Assembly: GCF_009914755.1 (NCBI RefSeq)
Contig: NC_060926.1
Reading direction: 5' to 3' (one strand)
Length of the DNA stretch: 64,000 nt
Source of the DNA: the human T2T-CHM13v2.0 reference genome, Homo sapiens
Part shown: piece after piece, positions 41,416 through 55,975 of the stretch
How the letters are laid out: every line of letters begins with the position of its first letter
How positions within the stretch are numbered: position 1 is the first letter of the stretch
Made by a program: the position numbers and the translations under genes
The notes under the pieces: model-generated
Database searches by the model: none
The model's input: the letters and a program-made list of their open reading frames with translations, nothing else
Told to the model about the DNA's origin: nothing

Positions 41416-43772
41416 TTTTGACATAAATATATAAGTTTTTAATAATTTAATTCAATAATTTAATACAAATATACTATTTGTATTATAGTAAATATAAATA
41501 CCATATAAATTTAATGCAATTATTACATCTAGACCTAGATATAGTTATACAGATATCTATACCTATTCATGTATCTGTATCTACATATCTATATCTAGCA
41601 GGCTGTATTTGACCACCTACATCAAGTATGAAAACACCCTGATTGAAATACAAAAACCCCTTTAGTTTACCATTTATCCCACACTTGAGAATATTTTAGA
41701 GGTCTTCAGATGCAATTAGTTCAAAGTGTTCACTTGCATGAAGAATGGTGGTTTATTAGAAAACATAAAAGTTTGATTTATGAAAACCCTGTGTGTAAGA
41801 TGACCAGATGTTCTGTTAATGGTAGCTGCTCAACCAGCTCCTAGGTATTCAGATTACCCCTCTCAGTGATCCTTCTTTCAAACAGCATACTTTTCACTTC
41901 CTATGTAGCATCTCTACCCTTGGACCAGTATTTGACTAGAGGACCCTGAGGCTCATTGTCTTATCTCCCTGTCTTTTCTCTCCAATGCTCTGTCTATGTT
42001 TCCATTTGCCTCTTTATACAAAGACCCTCTGCTCTCCATGCTTCTCTGGCTCTTCAGATGCTGTATCTGTAACTCATGTCATTACCATGAGAGAACTAGT
42101 TACCCTTTTATTTTATGTCAAAGAGGGATCATTTTCTAGAAGTAAGTTTCTCCAAACCTATTGTTTGGAGGATGAGGGGAGATGTTTGTTTTCCATTATG
42201 GGCAGCTGTCTCACCCCACAACATGACCCTTTACAATGACTTAAACAACTCTTGATATAGAAAAAAAAATGACTTCTCCAGAAAAGTCTCATACAATGAC
42301 TTTTACCAGAAAAGAATATCAGAAACAGTTATTTTATTTATCAACTTTATTTATTGACAAGAGTGAAAGATCACAGTCAACTCTACTCTTTTTCCAAAGA
42401 CCTGTTTACATCACACAGAGATAACTAAAATACGTCATTCCAGAGATTATCCTCGGCCTTTAAACTTATAATTCCCATTGCCTATCCAAAATAAAAGCTT
42501 TCTTCTATACAACATTACAATAGAACTATTTGAAAAATAGTTGCTTGGGCAGTAAAAACATTCCCAGTTACTTCCCCCAGTAACTATGAAAAGCCTCCGA
42601 TTTCTCCAAGGCAAATACTGTTTTCCAGTTCATTTGCACAATAGGCTTCCTCTTAGCTTAGCTTTGGCCACGCCGAGTCTCAAAGGTATTCAGCAGAGCC
42701 CTGGCTTTATTTGTATTCCTGCCTCTGTTAATCTATTCTTCCAACAGATCTTCCTTTTATGCACATTTAAAAAAACCGCAAATAATCACTTTGAGTGCAC
42801 AGAGAATGAGATAGGATTTTAGTTTATATATAAACAGAAAATACCAACACATTTTTTAAAAAAGAATTAGAAAGACTAAGGAAAGAATATGTCAGAGGGG
42901 CAGGTGTTCAACGTTGTTGCACATTACAAAAATGTGATGAGTTTTAAAACACCCATGCCTGGGTCCCATCTCTGGAGGCTCTGATTTAATTGGTTTGGAG
43001 ATGCAACTCAGGAATCCAGGTTTTCCAAAAGATTACCAATTCTAAGTAAAGAACCATTTCTATACACCATACGATTAGTCCCAAAGTCTCTTGCATGGCT
43101 TTTCTTCTTCTGAATATATTTGAATATCCTCTCTTCAGTTTTCCCTTAACTGTTTTCTTATTGTAACCATTCTAAGGCTCTTTCCCCATTCATTATGCCA
43201 AAAGAAACTCAGCATTCCCATATGCCTTTGGTTAAAAACATCAATTTTCAAGTCTAGTTTGGCTCTAATCTTCTCTGCATAACTTTAGAGAACATATCAA
43301 AAGTATTATTCCTCTTTTGACTTTTTGCTAAACTATTATTTATACTTCTTATTGCAGTTTGCCTAACTCAGAAGAAGTTGTTGACAACATTGCTTTGGCA
43401 CCTTACAAGGAGTGACTTATATATTGGATTGCCTTCTTATACTCCCCAGAAAGAGGTAACCATTCCTCTCTGTGGGTTTTTGTTGCAACCGTTTCCTAAA
43501 ATATTTTACCTGAATATTTGGGAGACATTTTTAAGAGTAATCATAAACTAATGAAAAAAATGCTAAAATTAAAATTAGTTAAAATAAAATTGGCATTGTA
43601 TTAAAAACAAAAGGAAGTAATGATATGAATGCATTCTTTTTCAGACTCCATGGTGAGCCTGTTGCTAGTGGGTCTATAAATATCCTCCTGGAGGGAAAAA
43701 ATGAGGTTTGGAGAGATAACTTCTATTTCTAGACTAGAAGATAACCAGCACAGGGGGGCAGGATTTTTATAG

Positions 43773-44148
<376 letters not shown>

Positions 44149-45364
44149 TAATAATTTCTTATTGGGCAGAGTCTCAATGGGGCCTTCAGAAGAGGTGGAG
44201 AAAGGTACTAAACACTTAGGCACCTACAAGCCTTTTTCCCTGTTGCATTCTCTTCTTTTCTTTCCCCATTCTACTTTCCTCCCTTCCTTCAGTGAAGGCT
44301 CTTCTCCCTTTCCTGCTTTTCTCTCAAGGACCTCAGATATTCTTAAAAGCCAGAAAGGTCATTTGTTTGTGGACAATCTCTGCTTTCATTCATGCTATCA
44401 AAATCTCCTTGGGAAAAAAACAGAACAGAATGATGAATACGTTCTTAGTAAAGGGAAAGTAAAATATATGTAAAATAAAGTCTCAATAACTTAGGACCAT
44501 ATGTTATAAAACATTTCTTCTCAATAATACTCTAAGGTATATATTAAGAAATAAAAACAACTTGGTCTCCAAATATTTAGTGAGTATAAATATGAATGAA
44601 CCCACTGATGAAAAATCTAGTTCTATAACTTGTGGTCACTTATCTGTGCCTTGGATTTCCTGCTTATAAAATGAGGGTGTTAGGTGACCTCTGAGGACCC
44701 TACCAGCCCCAAAACTGCTTCTGTGTTATTGAAATTGTGTGAAAAAAACACTCAGTGGAAAAGCAACTTATAAAATTTTTAACTTATTCCAGCCAGTGAT
44801 TTTTCATCTTTGCAGGTTTTATGTCAGGATGGGAACAGATGCCATTTGACTTTGTAATTTAGGTTTAATTGATTTACAGGCTCATGATACCCTGCAGTGC
44901 ACTGACTTCTCCAAGCAGGAGAAAATTGCTGCTCTAGAATAAGTTTAAACTCTCTGAGATGAAATTATGCTTCTGTTTCAAGCTGAAATCGCTTTTGCCT
45001 TCCTGACTATCCTAAGGCCTGCGTGTGACCCACTTTTTCTCTGCTCATATTCCCTGTCTTCTTACGCCCTTTTTCAGCATCCTTCATCTTCTCTTTTGAG
45101 AAAACTCTGAAATATGTTTCTCCAAATGCCTTTTCTGAGTTAATCGTGATTTTCTATTTGCTTGCAGGAAATCTCTTCTTTTGTGATCCCTAAAGACTAA
45201 AACTCAACACATACAAGATGGGACTCATTTTCTCTTCCTTCATTCTACTCTGCCATTTTTTCTGTATTATCATCTGCATTTTCTCAAATCACAAGGACTG
45301 GAAAACTTTTGTTATCAAGTCAGAATTCTACATTTCTCATGCCTCCCTATCTGTAATGAAGTTC

Positions 45365-45570
45365 CAGAATAGCACAAAAGCTAAGAGCACCAGCTCTGGA
45401 ATCAAACTGCCTGGGTTCAAATCTCAGTTCCCCTGCTTCACAGCTGTGTGGTCTTGGGCCCCAGTTATCTCTCTGTGAAACAGAACCTTCTCTTAGGCTT
45501 GCCATGAGGGTAAGATTAAATAATGCATGTGAAGCCCTTGACACAGAGTAGTCGCCTAATAAATTAGAAC
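45365..45570 (+). mobile_element. MIR
   Basis: CTCTGGAATCAAACTGCCTGGGTTCAAATCTCAGTTC...GTAAGATTAAATAATGCATGTGAAGCCCTTGACACAG. Confidence 0.7.
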
Positions 45571-46366
45571 TACTATCCTACTTAACTCCCAAACTTCTCA
45601 AATCTCCATTCCCTCTTGTACTAACATAACAAGAACTTTGGTCTCACACATAACCTTTTCACTGGTTCCATCTTTCGTCATCTTAACCACCTACTTATCA
45701 GTCTACAGCTTCTCATTTCTAACTGAAGAGCCTCCCAATTTTTCCTTTTTTTTTTTTTTTTTTTTTTTTACAATTCAAGAGTCCTCATGGCAGGGTCACA
45801 ATGTCCTTTTTCAAATTTCTTTACTACAGCCTATTGCCTGTAACTTCAATACAATTTCTAATATTTGCTTTCTTCCAACCATGCTGACTAATTTGCCCAT
45901 ATTCTTGAATTTATTCTTATATGTTCTCCCTGCCAATATCTCCCTACCTCTACCCATATGGTACCCATTTCATGTAGGAGCTCAAATGCCGCTTAAGTCT
46001 TTACATCCCTCATCGTCTGGGAGTTTGTTTTCCCACCTGTAATTCCCATAATTAACCTGTCTTTCACTTAGGATGCTCGTCAACTTTCTCCCTTTCATTA
46101 AACTTGCTCATGTACCTAATTCATCTTCCTTATGTACTTACAAACTACTTTGGAGAAGAAACCATTTCTTTTCATATATGTATACTCCATGTTAATATTC
46201 ATCGAAAATGTAAATGGGCAACATTTTAAAGAATGAAGAAACTAAAGAAGTAAATAAACAATGAATGAATAAATGAATTAATGAGCTATCAGACAAAAAT
46301 TATTTCCCAGCATGTGCTTCATAAATGGAGAATAAATTGGCAAGGCAAAACACCAAAAAATTATAA

Positions 46367-46667
<301 letters not shown>

Positions 46668-47904
46668 ATAAAGGAGAAATTTTTAAAAAGTGAACATTAA
46701 TGCAAGAAGTTATAATGTAAATATTATCACTGAAGGAGTGAGACAAATTGTAAAAGAGAGAAAGTCAGCCAGGGTAATTAAGAGTGATTAAGTTTTCAAT
46801 CTACTACTCATCAGTTTTGTTGTGTTCACAACTATATGTACATGTAATTTTACCCTATTTCAATACTTATTGAATTCAGCCATAAACCACTCTACATAAT
46901 AAAATACTAATTTCCCATAATATAATACATTGCGTTGTAGTTTCCACGTGTTTTTATGTATTCTGGCTTATTGTTAATTCTTCACAATGATATGGTATTT
47001 GTATTTTCTATATTCAACCAAGATAATTGACTATCAAAATTATTAATTTGCCCACCTACATGGTAAACTAAGATCTGAGACTCAGATCCAGGACTTACAA
47101 ATTAAAATCCAAGTTGTTTCATTTTTTTTTTCATTCCTGCAACCCATTTAGGGTAGATGTTACCTATTCAAAGTCAGCAAAACAAAATGATAGAGCTGCA
47201 TGTTCTGTCTGTAAAAATCCACTCTTACTCTGACCAATGCTATTTTTAAACAATGTAGCAAGTTCAATTTCTCAGGGCTGAATATCAACGTTTTACATGC
47301 TGCTAGTGCTATCACTGACAAGAAGTAATGGCTTCTTTACCGATTTCTCACCAGAGTATAACAAGTCTAGGATGGAGAATCCATGCTGCCAACTTGCTCT
47401 GAGGAATTGTGTTCTTCCTCTATAATTTGTTTACTTCCTCCCTGGAGTCCATTATCTCTGGCTGATTTTAGTCTTTAAAAGAAGACAGAGGTAGCAGCAA
47501 GCATATGAATGTTTGCTGACAAATGTTGCTTTATTGTTCTGTAACACAAAACAATAATACATGCAGGAGCCGTATGTTGAAATACAATGAGATAAATCAT
47601 TATTTTTTTAATGTAAAGAATATTGGAAACTTAAAGTATTTATTTAGAATTTCTTAGTCTAGGTGAAACAAACATAATAATTTACTAATGAATTTGATTT
47701 TCTCTACATAAAATTATACATCTTATTTGCTTGCCTAAAGAGATGAATTTTTCTCTCTGCACTAACTGTAGAATTATGTAAATCAGTTTTTATTTACATA
47801 TTCTTAAAATATCTAATCAAAATTAAATGTAATTAAATTGTATAATTGAGCATACTAAACTAATAATTTGAGAATCCTGAAAATGAACAAATTTCAAATA
47901 CGTC

Positions 47905-49275
47905 ACAAGAAATTTAGCCAAACAGGTGAAAAATCTGTACATTGAAAACTATAAAACGTTGATGAAAATAGTTGAAGAAATAAATAAAAAGACATCCTTT
48001 GTTCATGGATTGAAAGAATTAATATTTTTAAAGTATCCATACTATCCAACTTAATTTATAGATTCAATATAATTTCTATAAAAATTCTAATGTAATTTGT
48101 CACAGGAATAGAAAAAGCAATTCTAAAATTTATATGGAACCAGAAAAAGCCTCAAATAACCAAAGAAATCTTAAGCAAAAAGAATTAAGCCAAAGTCATC
48201 ACACTTCCTTACTGCAAAATATATTATAAAGTTCTTGTAATCAAAACACATGGTGATGGCATAAAAACAGACTCATTGGCCAATGAGCAGGATAGGAAGT
48301 TGAGAAATAAACCAAGATATCTACAGTCAATTGATTTCAACAAGGATGCCAAGAACACAAAAGACGATACGCAAATTGCCACAGATACATGAAAAAATGC
48401 TCAACACCTCTAATCATCAGGGAAATACCAATTAAAACCACAGTGAGATATCACCTTGCACCTGGTAGTGTGGCTACTATTAAAAGGATAGATGATAACA
48501 AGAGTTTGCAAGGATGTGGTTAACAGGGAACCCTTGTACACTGTTGTTGAGAATGTAAATTAGTACAGCCACTTTGGAGGACAGTATGGAGGTTACTTAA
48601 AAAACTGAAAATATAATAACCATATGATCCAGCAATTTCACTTCTGAATATATATCCAAAGGAATTTAAAAATTGGTATGTTGAAGAGATATCTGCATTC
48701 TCATATTTATTTCATCATTATTCACAATACACAAGATATGGAAGCAATCTAAGTGTCCATTAGGTTTTGAATGGATAAACAAAATTTGGTAAATGATATA
48801 ATGGAATAATATATATCCTTAAAAAGGAAAGAAATTCTGTAATTCTGTAATTTGTGACAACAGAAATGGAACTGCTGGACATTATGCTAAGTTAAATAAG
48901 CCAAGCACAGAAAGACAAATACTGTATGATCTCACTTATATGTGTAAACTAGAAAAGTCAGTTTCATAGAAACAGAGAGTAGTAGACAGGTGATGATAAG
49001 ACCCTGGGGGTGAGGGAGAGGTTTGGAAAAAAATATGTTGATCAAAGGGTACAAAGTCTCAGACTGGAGGAATACATTTTATTGATTAATTGTACCATAT
49101 GGTAACAATTAATAATAATTTATTGTATATTTCAAAATTGCTAAAAGAACAGATGTTTAACATTCTCACCCCCCAAAAAAGATAAATTGGTCAGGTGATG
49201 AATATGTTATTTAGGTTGATTAAACCTTTCTAGTTCAAAATATCACATAGTACCCATCAACATACACAATTTTTA
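47905..49275 (+). mobile_element. L1MA-type 3' fragment with an internal deletion near 48360
   Basis: GTACATTGAAAACTATAAAACGTTGATGAAA, GTTCATGGATTGAAAGAATTAATATT, CCATATGATCCAGCAATT, L1MA 3'UTR. Confidence 0.88.
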
Positions 49276-49389
49276 AGAAGTAAGGAACAAGACAAAATTC
49301 TGAAAGAGTGAAGGAATAATCAATCTGATAGTCAACCTCTCAGCAAAGAGTCTCTCATTTAGGACTATGTATAAAACTAAATTTAAAAT

Positions 49390-51278
49390 TGATAGCAGAG
49401 GTGACCTGCCTGAAGTGGCCACTCCCAAGATGCCACAGGCTGCAGTGGGGGAGGCATGGCTGGGCTGCATGCTCCATGGAGCCCACAGGAGCTGGGACCA
49501 GACAGGAGTCTTACCTTCCCAGGTGCAGTTGCAGCTGCTCAAGTCGTGGCTGCAGACCCAGGCCTCCTGTTCCTTTGGAGGCCAGGAGCAAGGAGGAGCC
49601 CCACCCTCCCAGGTGCAGCTGTAGCTGCCCAAGCCACAGCTGTGGAATGGGCCTCCCTGTGCACTTGGGGGCCAGGAGCAGGCAGGAGCCCCAACCTCTA
49701 GGCACAGTTGCAGCTGCCCAAGCTACAGCTGTGGACCTGGGCATCTCTGCACTCTTGGGGGCCTAGGAAGGTCCCCCCTATACCTGCAGGCTCAGAGGTG
49801 TCTGATCCTGCTGCCTGGCCTCTCCCTCCTCCTGGCACCTGCTCTGATCTTGGGAGCAAGTTTGGGGCCAAGCCCAGGTGCTGTCACAGCCAAGCTGTGT
49901 GTGTACATGCTCAGGGCAGTGATAACATGCCAGCCCCCTGCCGCCTCAGGCTCCTCTGAACTCTGGGCACCGACAAGCATGGGAGGGAGCTTGGGGGGTG
50001 CTAAAGGCAGCTCATTGCTAGCCTGTAGGTGCCCCCTGAGCATGAACAGCCTGAAAACCATGAATAGAGGCAGGAGGCAGACAGCCTTCTGGGTGGAAAG
50101 GGCCAGGTCCCAGTGAAGTCTCACCTTCAAGCTGGGGAAGCCCTGAAGCCTGGGGATCAGGCTGCCAGTCCTGCAGACTGGAGTGGGAACTTACGGTGCT
50201 TTTTCCAGGCCTGCCCATGGACCAATCAGCACACACTTTCTCTCCTGTGAAGCCCATAAAAACCCTAGGCTCAGCCAGACATGAGGAGAAGACAGGATGA
50301 CCAGCTATGGAAAGAAGCTACCCACTCCAGGGTCTCCTCTCTGCTGAAAGCTGAGGAGATGACAGGATGACCAGCTGTGGAGAGGAGTTACCCACCAGGG
50401 TCTCCTCTCTGCTGAAAGCTGAAGAGATGACAGGACAATCAGCTGCAGAGAGAAGCAACACACTCCAGGTCTCTTCTCTGCTGAGAGATGAAGAGATGAC
50501 AGGACTACCAGCTGCAGAGAGGAGCTACCAACCCCAGGGTCTCCTCTCTGCTGAGAGCTGAACACTCATCAGGACACTCTGCCTGAGGAGAGGAGCTACC
50601 CAATGTAGGTCTCCTCTGAGTTGATCTGTCACTCAGTAAAGCTCCTCGTTGCCTTGCTCACCCTCCACTTGTCCATATACATTATTCTTTCAGGATGCAG
50701 GACAAGAACTCAGCATCCACCAAATGGTGGGGCTGAAAGAGCTGTAACACAAACAGGCTGAAATACAACCCTTGCTTGCCACATTGTGGGTGACAAGGAG
50801 GGAAGAGAGAAGGAAAAAAGAGCTGTGGCCCTTTGGGGAGCCCAGACATAGGAGCTCCCTGAGCGAGGGCTGTCACATCCACTTTGGGGCTCTGCAGTTG
50901 ATGTCATCTCCAAGATTCTGAGTGCTACCATGTTCTCCAGTGCCAGCCATGGAAGCTGCTTGTGATTCACCCGATCCAGCCACAGCCTCACAGAGAGACA
51001 GTACCCATACTGGCACCTGGAGCTGACTACCCTGCCCCGGCAGGCATGCCTGGCTTTGCACAGTGGCCAGACCCCATGCTTGCTCACACACCCCTTGCTG
51101 CTCTGTGTCTGGCTCACTCTTGGCAGGTGTGGGATGCAGGCCAGTAGCTTAAGCCAAGTGCAGCCTGCCTGGCCAAGTGGGCAGAACAAGCCCAGCAGGC
51201 CAGAGCAAAACCCAGGCAAAGGCACCTTGGCAAAGAAGTTTCAGGCTGGTGAAGTGACATCCCCAGAATCCTGTTACT
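49390..51278 (+). mobile_element. MER52-family solo LTR (ERV1), ~1.9 kb, probable AAAT TSD
   Basis: TGATAGCAG...GGCTGCAGTGGGGGAGGCATGG start; GCCCATGGACCAATCAGCAC; ~60-bp internal repeats at 50285-50620; AAAT at 49386-49389 and 51279-51282. Confidence 0.85.
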
Positions 51279-52137
51279 AAATCACATCCTGTGAGAAACA
51301 TTTGTTTTGCTCCTGAAAGGACTTAAAATTGTCAAAAATAGAAAAAAATCTTACTGGCATATTTTGACCTTACTCCACATCCTATTTTCCAGTGTATAGT
51401 CTCAGAATTATCAATGACAAGGGAACTGAACAGTGATTCTTCTGTTATTAACTGAACAAGAACAATATATTGTCTCTTCCTTCACACCCCACATCTCACA
51501 TATATGTTTATTTTTATATATAGATTGCAACATACACACAGAGAATAGAAATTAAGTTGTAAAATCACATTTTGAGGGGTGGTATACCTGAAATGCTAAT
51601 AAAAATGCTGTCTAGTTTGGGCATAAAAGTACCACTGACTGTAGTGCATGATGGGAAATATCTTTTTTGTTTAATCTAGGAAGCTGCTCAGTGATGAAGT
51701 CTATCAGAAACTAGCAAACATACTGTATTTGAAGTCTATTAACAGTAGTGACTGGTGTAAGTGTAACATATCAATAATTCTTCTATATTGTAGAATTGCA
51801 AATTGTAAATACTGCCAACATACAATATGTTAAAATGTCCAGGGCTTATGAAGAGCCCAATCCAGCACCTAATAGCAATTTTGAGTTTGTGATAGACTCC
51901 TTATTTTTCAAGATTCAGTAAACAAATGAATAAAATAATCCAGAAGGAGATATATGTAAAATGTTTCAGAACAAGGAAGCATTTGATATCATTCTGAATA
52001 GCACAAAAAATAAAAATACAACTGAAAATTACTTTTTCAATAAGAAATCAAAGAAAAAATATAATTTTTGATAACCTCAATATAATGAAAATATACATGA
52101 ACCACAAATAACACTTTCTCTGAACTGCCAAGAACAC

Positions 52138-52227
52138 AGTAAGCATTCTGTAAACTGTAACTATTATTAGTAAGCATTCTTAAACTGTAACTATTATTAG
52201 TAAGCATTCTATAAACTATAATTATTA
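52138..52227. repeat. ~30-bp tandem repeat, 3 copies
   Basis: AGTAAGCATTCT(G)TAAACTGTAACTATTATT. Confidence 0.9.
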
Positions 52228-52419
52228 ACATCATGAAACTAGAACAAAAAAACAATAGGGAATGGAATGTCAAGGAAAGGCAGAGAAAAGGCATAAAAGG
52301 ATTCCAAGACACTATAAAGCAATAACCAAACTAAGGTCTTGACAAAAGTGATGTGGATGAAAGAATTTAGAGAACTGATGTGTCAGTACTTAATTTTTCT
52401 AAGAAGAGACCAGAAAAAA

Positions 52420-54362
52420 AAAATTAGAAACCTGGGTGGGTGTTTGTCAACAACAATTACAGACAAGTCTTTTATTTTTGTGGCTGCCTGAGGCAATGGA
52501 CAAAGGTTGGGGAAAATGTTTAAAAGTAAAAAGCGCAGAATGAGACAATCATAGGGGCTTTGAAAAGCTCCAAAATCTTTGTGGGGACTATAAATCATTT
52601 GCACGTGCATTTTGAGGAAATACCTGAAAAGGCCCTAAGTCCTCAACTCTGGCTGACCTTCAAGCTCTGTGCATGCTGAAAATGAAGTTTAGATCAGAGG
52701 TCTGAGCTGCCTTGATTGAGGGTTGAAATGTACCCCAGTACACACAAACAGCCCCTCAGAAGATAATAGGAAATTTATTGATTCCATGCATTTAAGAAAG
52801 TTTATATCAAATTATTAGCTGAGCACTGGAGTAGAGACTTTAGTGGTCATGCACAATAAAGAATACAGATTTTATAAAATTAGTTTAGAAAAGTCACTAA
52901 AAAACAGTAATAACTTCAGCAAGTAGCAGTTATAGCAAGCCCCCAGGAGAGAATGTATTTTCCAGAGTTGCCAAAATTTATTATTTAAAATGTCCAGCTT
53001 TCAACAAAAAATATAAGACATGCAAAGAAACAAAAACTACAACCTATACACAGGGAAAAAAAGCAATCAATGGAAACATTCTTTGAGGAAGTATAGACAT
53101 TAGACTTATTCATCAAAGTCTCTAAATCATTACTCGTATATATATTCAAAGAGTAAATGAAACTTTGTCTAAAGAAAGAAAATTAAGAGAAAGGACATAT
53201 CAATAAAGAGATATAAATTATAAATAACAATCAAATAGAAATTATAGAGTTGAAAAGTACAATAACTGAACTAAAAAATATACCAGAGGGTCTCCACTAC
53301 ATATTTGAACAGGCAGAGGAACAAATCAGCAACTTGAAGAATGGCCAATTGAACTTCTTCAATCAGAATACCAAAATGCTAAATACTGAAGAAAAATAAA
53401 CAGAGCCAGAGACTTATGGGAAACCATCAAGCATACCAGCATCTGAAAAAGAATGGGCCTCAGAAGCAGAGAGAGGAACAGAAATAGTGTTTGAACAAAG
53501 GATGGACAAAAACTTTCCAAAAACACTAATCTGTACATTCAGAAGCCTCAACAAACTTTATATGCTATAAACTTGGAGAGGCACAACTTGGCACATCACA
53601 ATAATACTGTAAAAGCCAAAGACCAATATGAATCTTGAAAGCAGGGATAGAATTGACCCCTAACTTTTGAGGGATCCTAAATAAGAATAACTCCTAATAT
53701 CTCAACATAAACCATGGAGACTAGGACATATCCAAAGTGCTGAACAAGAAAATCAAAGAACAAAATTGTCAACCAAGAATTACATGTCCAGAAAAACTAT
53801 CCCTCAAAAATAGAGAAATGAAGTTATTTCCACATAAAAACTGAGAGAATTTACGACTTGCTGAGTGTCTTAAAAAGAACTACTAAAGAAAGTACTTCAT
53901 GATAAAATAAAAGGACAATATTCAGTAACTAGAATCCACACTGAAAAGTAATGAAATGAAGAACATCAGTAAAGTTAACTACATACACAACAAAGAAAAA
54001 AATTGTATTTTGTCTGAAATTATTTTTTCTGCCTTACTTAAAAGGCAAGTGCATAAGCAAAAATTGTACATCTGTGTTAATGTACACACAAGGTATAATT
54101 ATGTTATGTCAAGAATATTGCTTTGGGAATGTACATTCTGCTGTTGGAAATAGTTTGACAATTTCTCAAAAAGTTCAGCATATAAATTTATCTTATGACC
54201 CAGTATTTCTACACCTAAGTATTTACCCAAGAAAACATATGTTCACACAAATACTTGTACATGAAAATTCATGCCAACATTATTCATAATCATTAAAATG
54301 TGAAAACAATGCAAATGTCAATCAACTGATGAATACATAAAGAAAATATGGGATATCTATAC
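52420..54362 (+). mobile_element. Old L1M 5'/ORF1 region plus an adjacent ORF2 3' fragment
   Basis: GAAATTATAGAGTTGAAAAGTACAATAACTGAA, TTGAACAGGCAGAGGAACAAATCAG, TGTCAACCAAGAATT (ORF1-like); TATGACCCAGTATTTCTACACCTAAGTATTTACCCAAGA. Confidence 0.75.
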
Positions 54363-54873
54363 TGTATTAGTTTTCTGTGGCTGTTGTAAGAAATTACCAT
54401 AAATTGTGGTGTTTTAAGACAGCAGAAATGTACTCTCACATTTCTGGAGGCCAGATAGCTGAAGTTAGCTTCAGTGAGTCAAAATCAAAGTGTGGGCAGG
54501 GTTTTACTTTCTCTGGAGAAATCTGTTTCTTGCTTCTTCTAGCTTCTAATAGCTGCCAATATTACTTGATTGTGGCTGCATTACTCCAGTCTTCTCCTCA
54601 GTCTTCTCACATCACTACATCCTCTCCCTCTCTCTCTCTCTCTGTGTGTGATTGTGTGTGTGTGTGTGTGTGTGTGTCCAATTTCTTGTGACATTCTCTG
54701 AAAAGGAAACTTATTATTTTGGGCTTACCTGGATAATCCTAAATACTGTTGTCATTTTAAGGCCCTTAATGTAATTACATCTGCAAAAACTCTTTTTCAA
54801 ATATGTTAATAGTCATAGGATATTGGGATTAGGACATTGGTGCATCTTTGGGTGTTATTACCAGTCTACCACG
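54363..54873 (-). mobile_element. MLT1 (MaLR) LTR containing a (CT)n(GT)n microsatellite
   Basis: TGTATTAGTTTTCTGTGGCTG...AAATTACCA...TACATCTGCAAAAAC...GGGATTAGGAC...CAGTCTACCAC. Confidence 0.85.
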
Positions 54874-54879
54874 GTAGTA

Positions 54880-55975
54880 TCTCTTACAAATGGTCTGGGA
54901 ATATTTGGACATCTATATTCATAGGAAGGAATCTGGATCATTATTTTGCATTACATAACGTTTAATTAGAAATGCATCATAGACCTAATTATGAGTTAAA
55001 TCTAGAAAACTTCTATTAGAAATCATAGGAGAAAACACTGTAAACTTAAGCAAAGATTTTCTTAGAATCTAAGAAGCACTAATCCTTAAAGGAAAAATAG
55101 ATAAACTGGACGTCATCAAAATTATAATCTGATGGTTTTATAAAACACTGTTAAGAAAATGAAAATACTAGGCATGACTGGAAGAAAATATTTGCAAAAC
55201 ACATATGTAATACATGATTTTATCCAGTATATATATCTATATATAGATTTTATATATAGATATATATAAAGATATTATACCATATTAGTACAAACAATCC
55301 CCATAAAATGGACAAAATAATTGATCAGAAACTTCAAAAAAGAGAAACAGAGGGTAAATAAACACATCATTGATTGTTAAATAAATATAAATCAAATCAG
55401 AATGAGATACACACCTAGTATAGTGACTCAAACTGAAAGGAGTGACCACACAAAGTATCAACTAAAGGGCAGAGACTTTTTAAATTTTTATTCTAAGTTC
55501 ATGTGTACAAGTGCAGGATTGTTACATAGCTAAACTTGTGCCATGGGGTTATGTTGTAAGATTGTTTCATCACCCATATATTAAGCCTAGTACCAATTTA
55601 CTTTTCCTGATGCTCTCCTTCCTCCCACCCTCCACCCTCCAAAAGGCCCTAGTGTGTGTTGTTCCCTTCTATGTGTCCATGTGTTCTCATTATTTAGCTC
55701 CCAATTATAACTGAGAACATGCACTATTTGGTTTTTTGTTCCTGTGTTAGTTTGCTTCACGATGTGTCTCAATGACAACCCCAGTGGGCAAATGGAGAAA
55801 CAAACGTTGATATTCTTCACAATGGAATATTGTTCAGCATTAAATAAAGAATGTAATACTGATAAATGTAACAACTTGAATGCATTTCAAAAGCATAGAA
55901 AATGAAAGAAGCTAGATTGAAAAAAGTAATATTGTACAACTCCATTTATGTGATATTCAGGGAAAGGCAAAATGT
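54880..55975 (+). mobile_element. Old L1M ORF2/3' fragments flanking a younger L1PA piece
   Basis: ACAAATGGTCTGGGA, GATAAACTGGACGTCATCAAAATT, GAAGAAAATATTTGCAAAAC, CACAATGGAATATTGTTCAGCA. Confidence 0.7.
55477..55762 (-). mobile_element. L1PA (about PA10-13) 3'UTR fragment
   Basis: TACAAGTGCAGGATTGTTACATAGCTAAAC...GTGTCCATGTGTTCTCATTATTTAGCTCCC...CCTGTGTTAGTTTGCT. Confidence 0.88.

Noticed and set aside
49273-51280. Dense overlapping ORFs of 60-171 aa on both strands
   Set aside because: They result from the GC-rich, stop-poor MER52 LTR; no recognisable domain.
51637-51662. ZNF143-like motif (GCATGATGGGAAAT next to ACTGTAGT)
   Set aside because: Partial match with the submotifs out of order and no CpG-island promoter context.
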